A DNA stretch of 64,000 nt from the NCBI GenBank assembly GCA_963751345.1, contig CAVVUS010000030.1:128001-192000 (forward strand), read 5' to 3'. The position numbers were made by a program, and so were the translations under genes. The notes under the pieces were generated by a model. That model was not told where the DNA came from. It made no database searches and saw only the letters and a list, made by a program, of their open reading frames with translations. Source of the stretch: an uncultured Chloroflexia bacterium. Lineage in GTDB: Bacteria > Chloroflexota > Anaerolineae > B4-G1 > SLSP01. Of the stretch, positions 63,435 through 64,000 are shown in pieces (within the stretch, counting starts at the first letter, position 1; every line of letters begins with the position of its first letter).

Positions 63435-63983
63435 ATGCGCGTCATTGCCGGTAAAGCCAAGGGGCGACCGCTACATTCCGTCCAGGGTCCGGGCACACGT
63501 CCGATGACCAACCGGGCCAAGGCGGCCCTGTTCAGCATCATCGAGTCGCATATCAACGGATCCGACTTTCTGGACCTCTTCGCAGGCACCGGCCAGGTGG
63601 GCATTGAGGCCCTGAGCCGGGGGGCCGCACGCACGGTATTCGTGGAGCTGAATCCCTCTGCACTCAGGTCGATTCAGGGAAACCTCAGGTCAACAGACCT
63701 GCAAGATGGCGCCGAAATCGTCCGGGCAGACGTCTTCAAGTATCTGGGGACAAACCCACAGCCCTTTGACTACGTCTTTGTCGCTCCCCCACAGTATCGT
63801 GGATGGTGGCTGCAGACCCTCCAGCTTATCGACGCGGAGCCCGGGTGGCTCCACGATGACGGGTGGGTGATCGTACAGATCAACCCCACGGAATACGAGG
63901 CCGCCGAGCTGAGTAACCTGGTGCTCTTCGACCAACGCACCTACGGCAGCGTCATGCTTTGCTTCTACGCGCGGCCCGAGTAG
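63435..63983 (+). CDS. rsmD: 16S rRNA m2G966 methyltransferase
   Basis: MRVIAGKAKGR, TRP, LDLFAGTG, EALSRGA. Confidence 0.93.
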   Translation: MRVIAGKAKGRPLHSVQGPGTRPMTNRAKAALFSIIESHINGSDFLDLFAGTGQVGIEALSRGAARTVFVELNPSALRSIQGNLRSTDLQDGAEIVRADVFKYLGTNPQPFDYVFVAPPQYRGWWLQTLQLIDAEPGWLHDDGWVIVQINPTEYEAAELSNLVLFDQRTYGSVMLCFYARPE

Positions 63984-64000
63984 CCCGCTTACGGCCAGAC

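Overview
A GC-rich bacterial chromosome segment made almost entirely of housekeeping genes. Gene content and protein style suggest Chloroflexota/Anaerolineae, but this is inference only. In order it holds: recF (3' part), a nitroreductase, rpsA-infA, a FabL-like SDR, an FmdB-type zinc-ribbon gene, gmk-rhomboid-DUF951-glycolipid synthase-xerD-punA, a GNAT, a 7TM/HTH membrane protein, a second S1 protein, ftsK, rsmF, a BMP-type nucleoside ABC transporter, clpC, rnc, an SDR, an S8 protease, an XdhD/YgfN-type molybdoenzyme, DUF4914, two YtfJ/GerW-like genes, pgeF, a J-domain surface protein, pcrA, a UbiB-family kinase, a GT2, a pseudouridine synthase, spoVS, holB, tmRNA, glgP, HIT, rho, cdsA-uppS-frr-pyrH-tsf-rpsB, an Amt-like gene and rsmD. 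I saw no prophage, IS, CRISPR array, rRNA or tRNA. About 14 genes are broken by small indels, including essential ones; most inspected sites are single-base insertions, which points to long-read consensus errors. The most unusual signal is a set of short dispersed repeat families concentrated in the first ~28 kb: (1) an 18-bp hairpin unit whose copies all lie on the + strand and which inserts into genes in different reading frames; (2) GC-rich REP-like palindromes inserted in frame in XerD, PNP, FtsK and RsmF; (3) 8-bp-period ACGT arrays at gene junctions; (4) a ~55-bp direct repeat bracketing the ABC operon. Several proteins also stand out: DUF4914 keeps PEPCK catalytic motifs, XdhD has a ferredoxin domain without its Cys ligands, a J-domain protein carries a pseudo-sortase domain, a YtfJ-like protein has a metallothionein-like insert, and the Amt-like protein lacks both pore histidines. 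Two intergenic regions are candidate structured RNAs.
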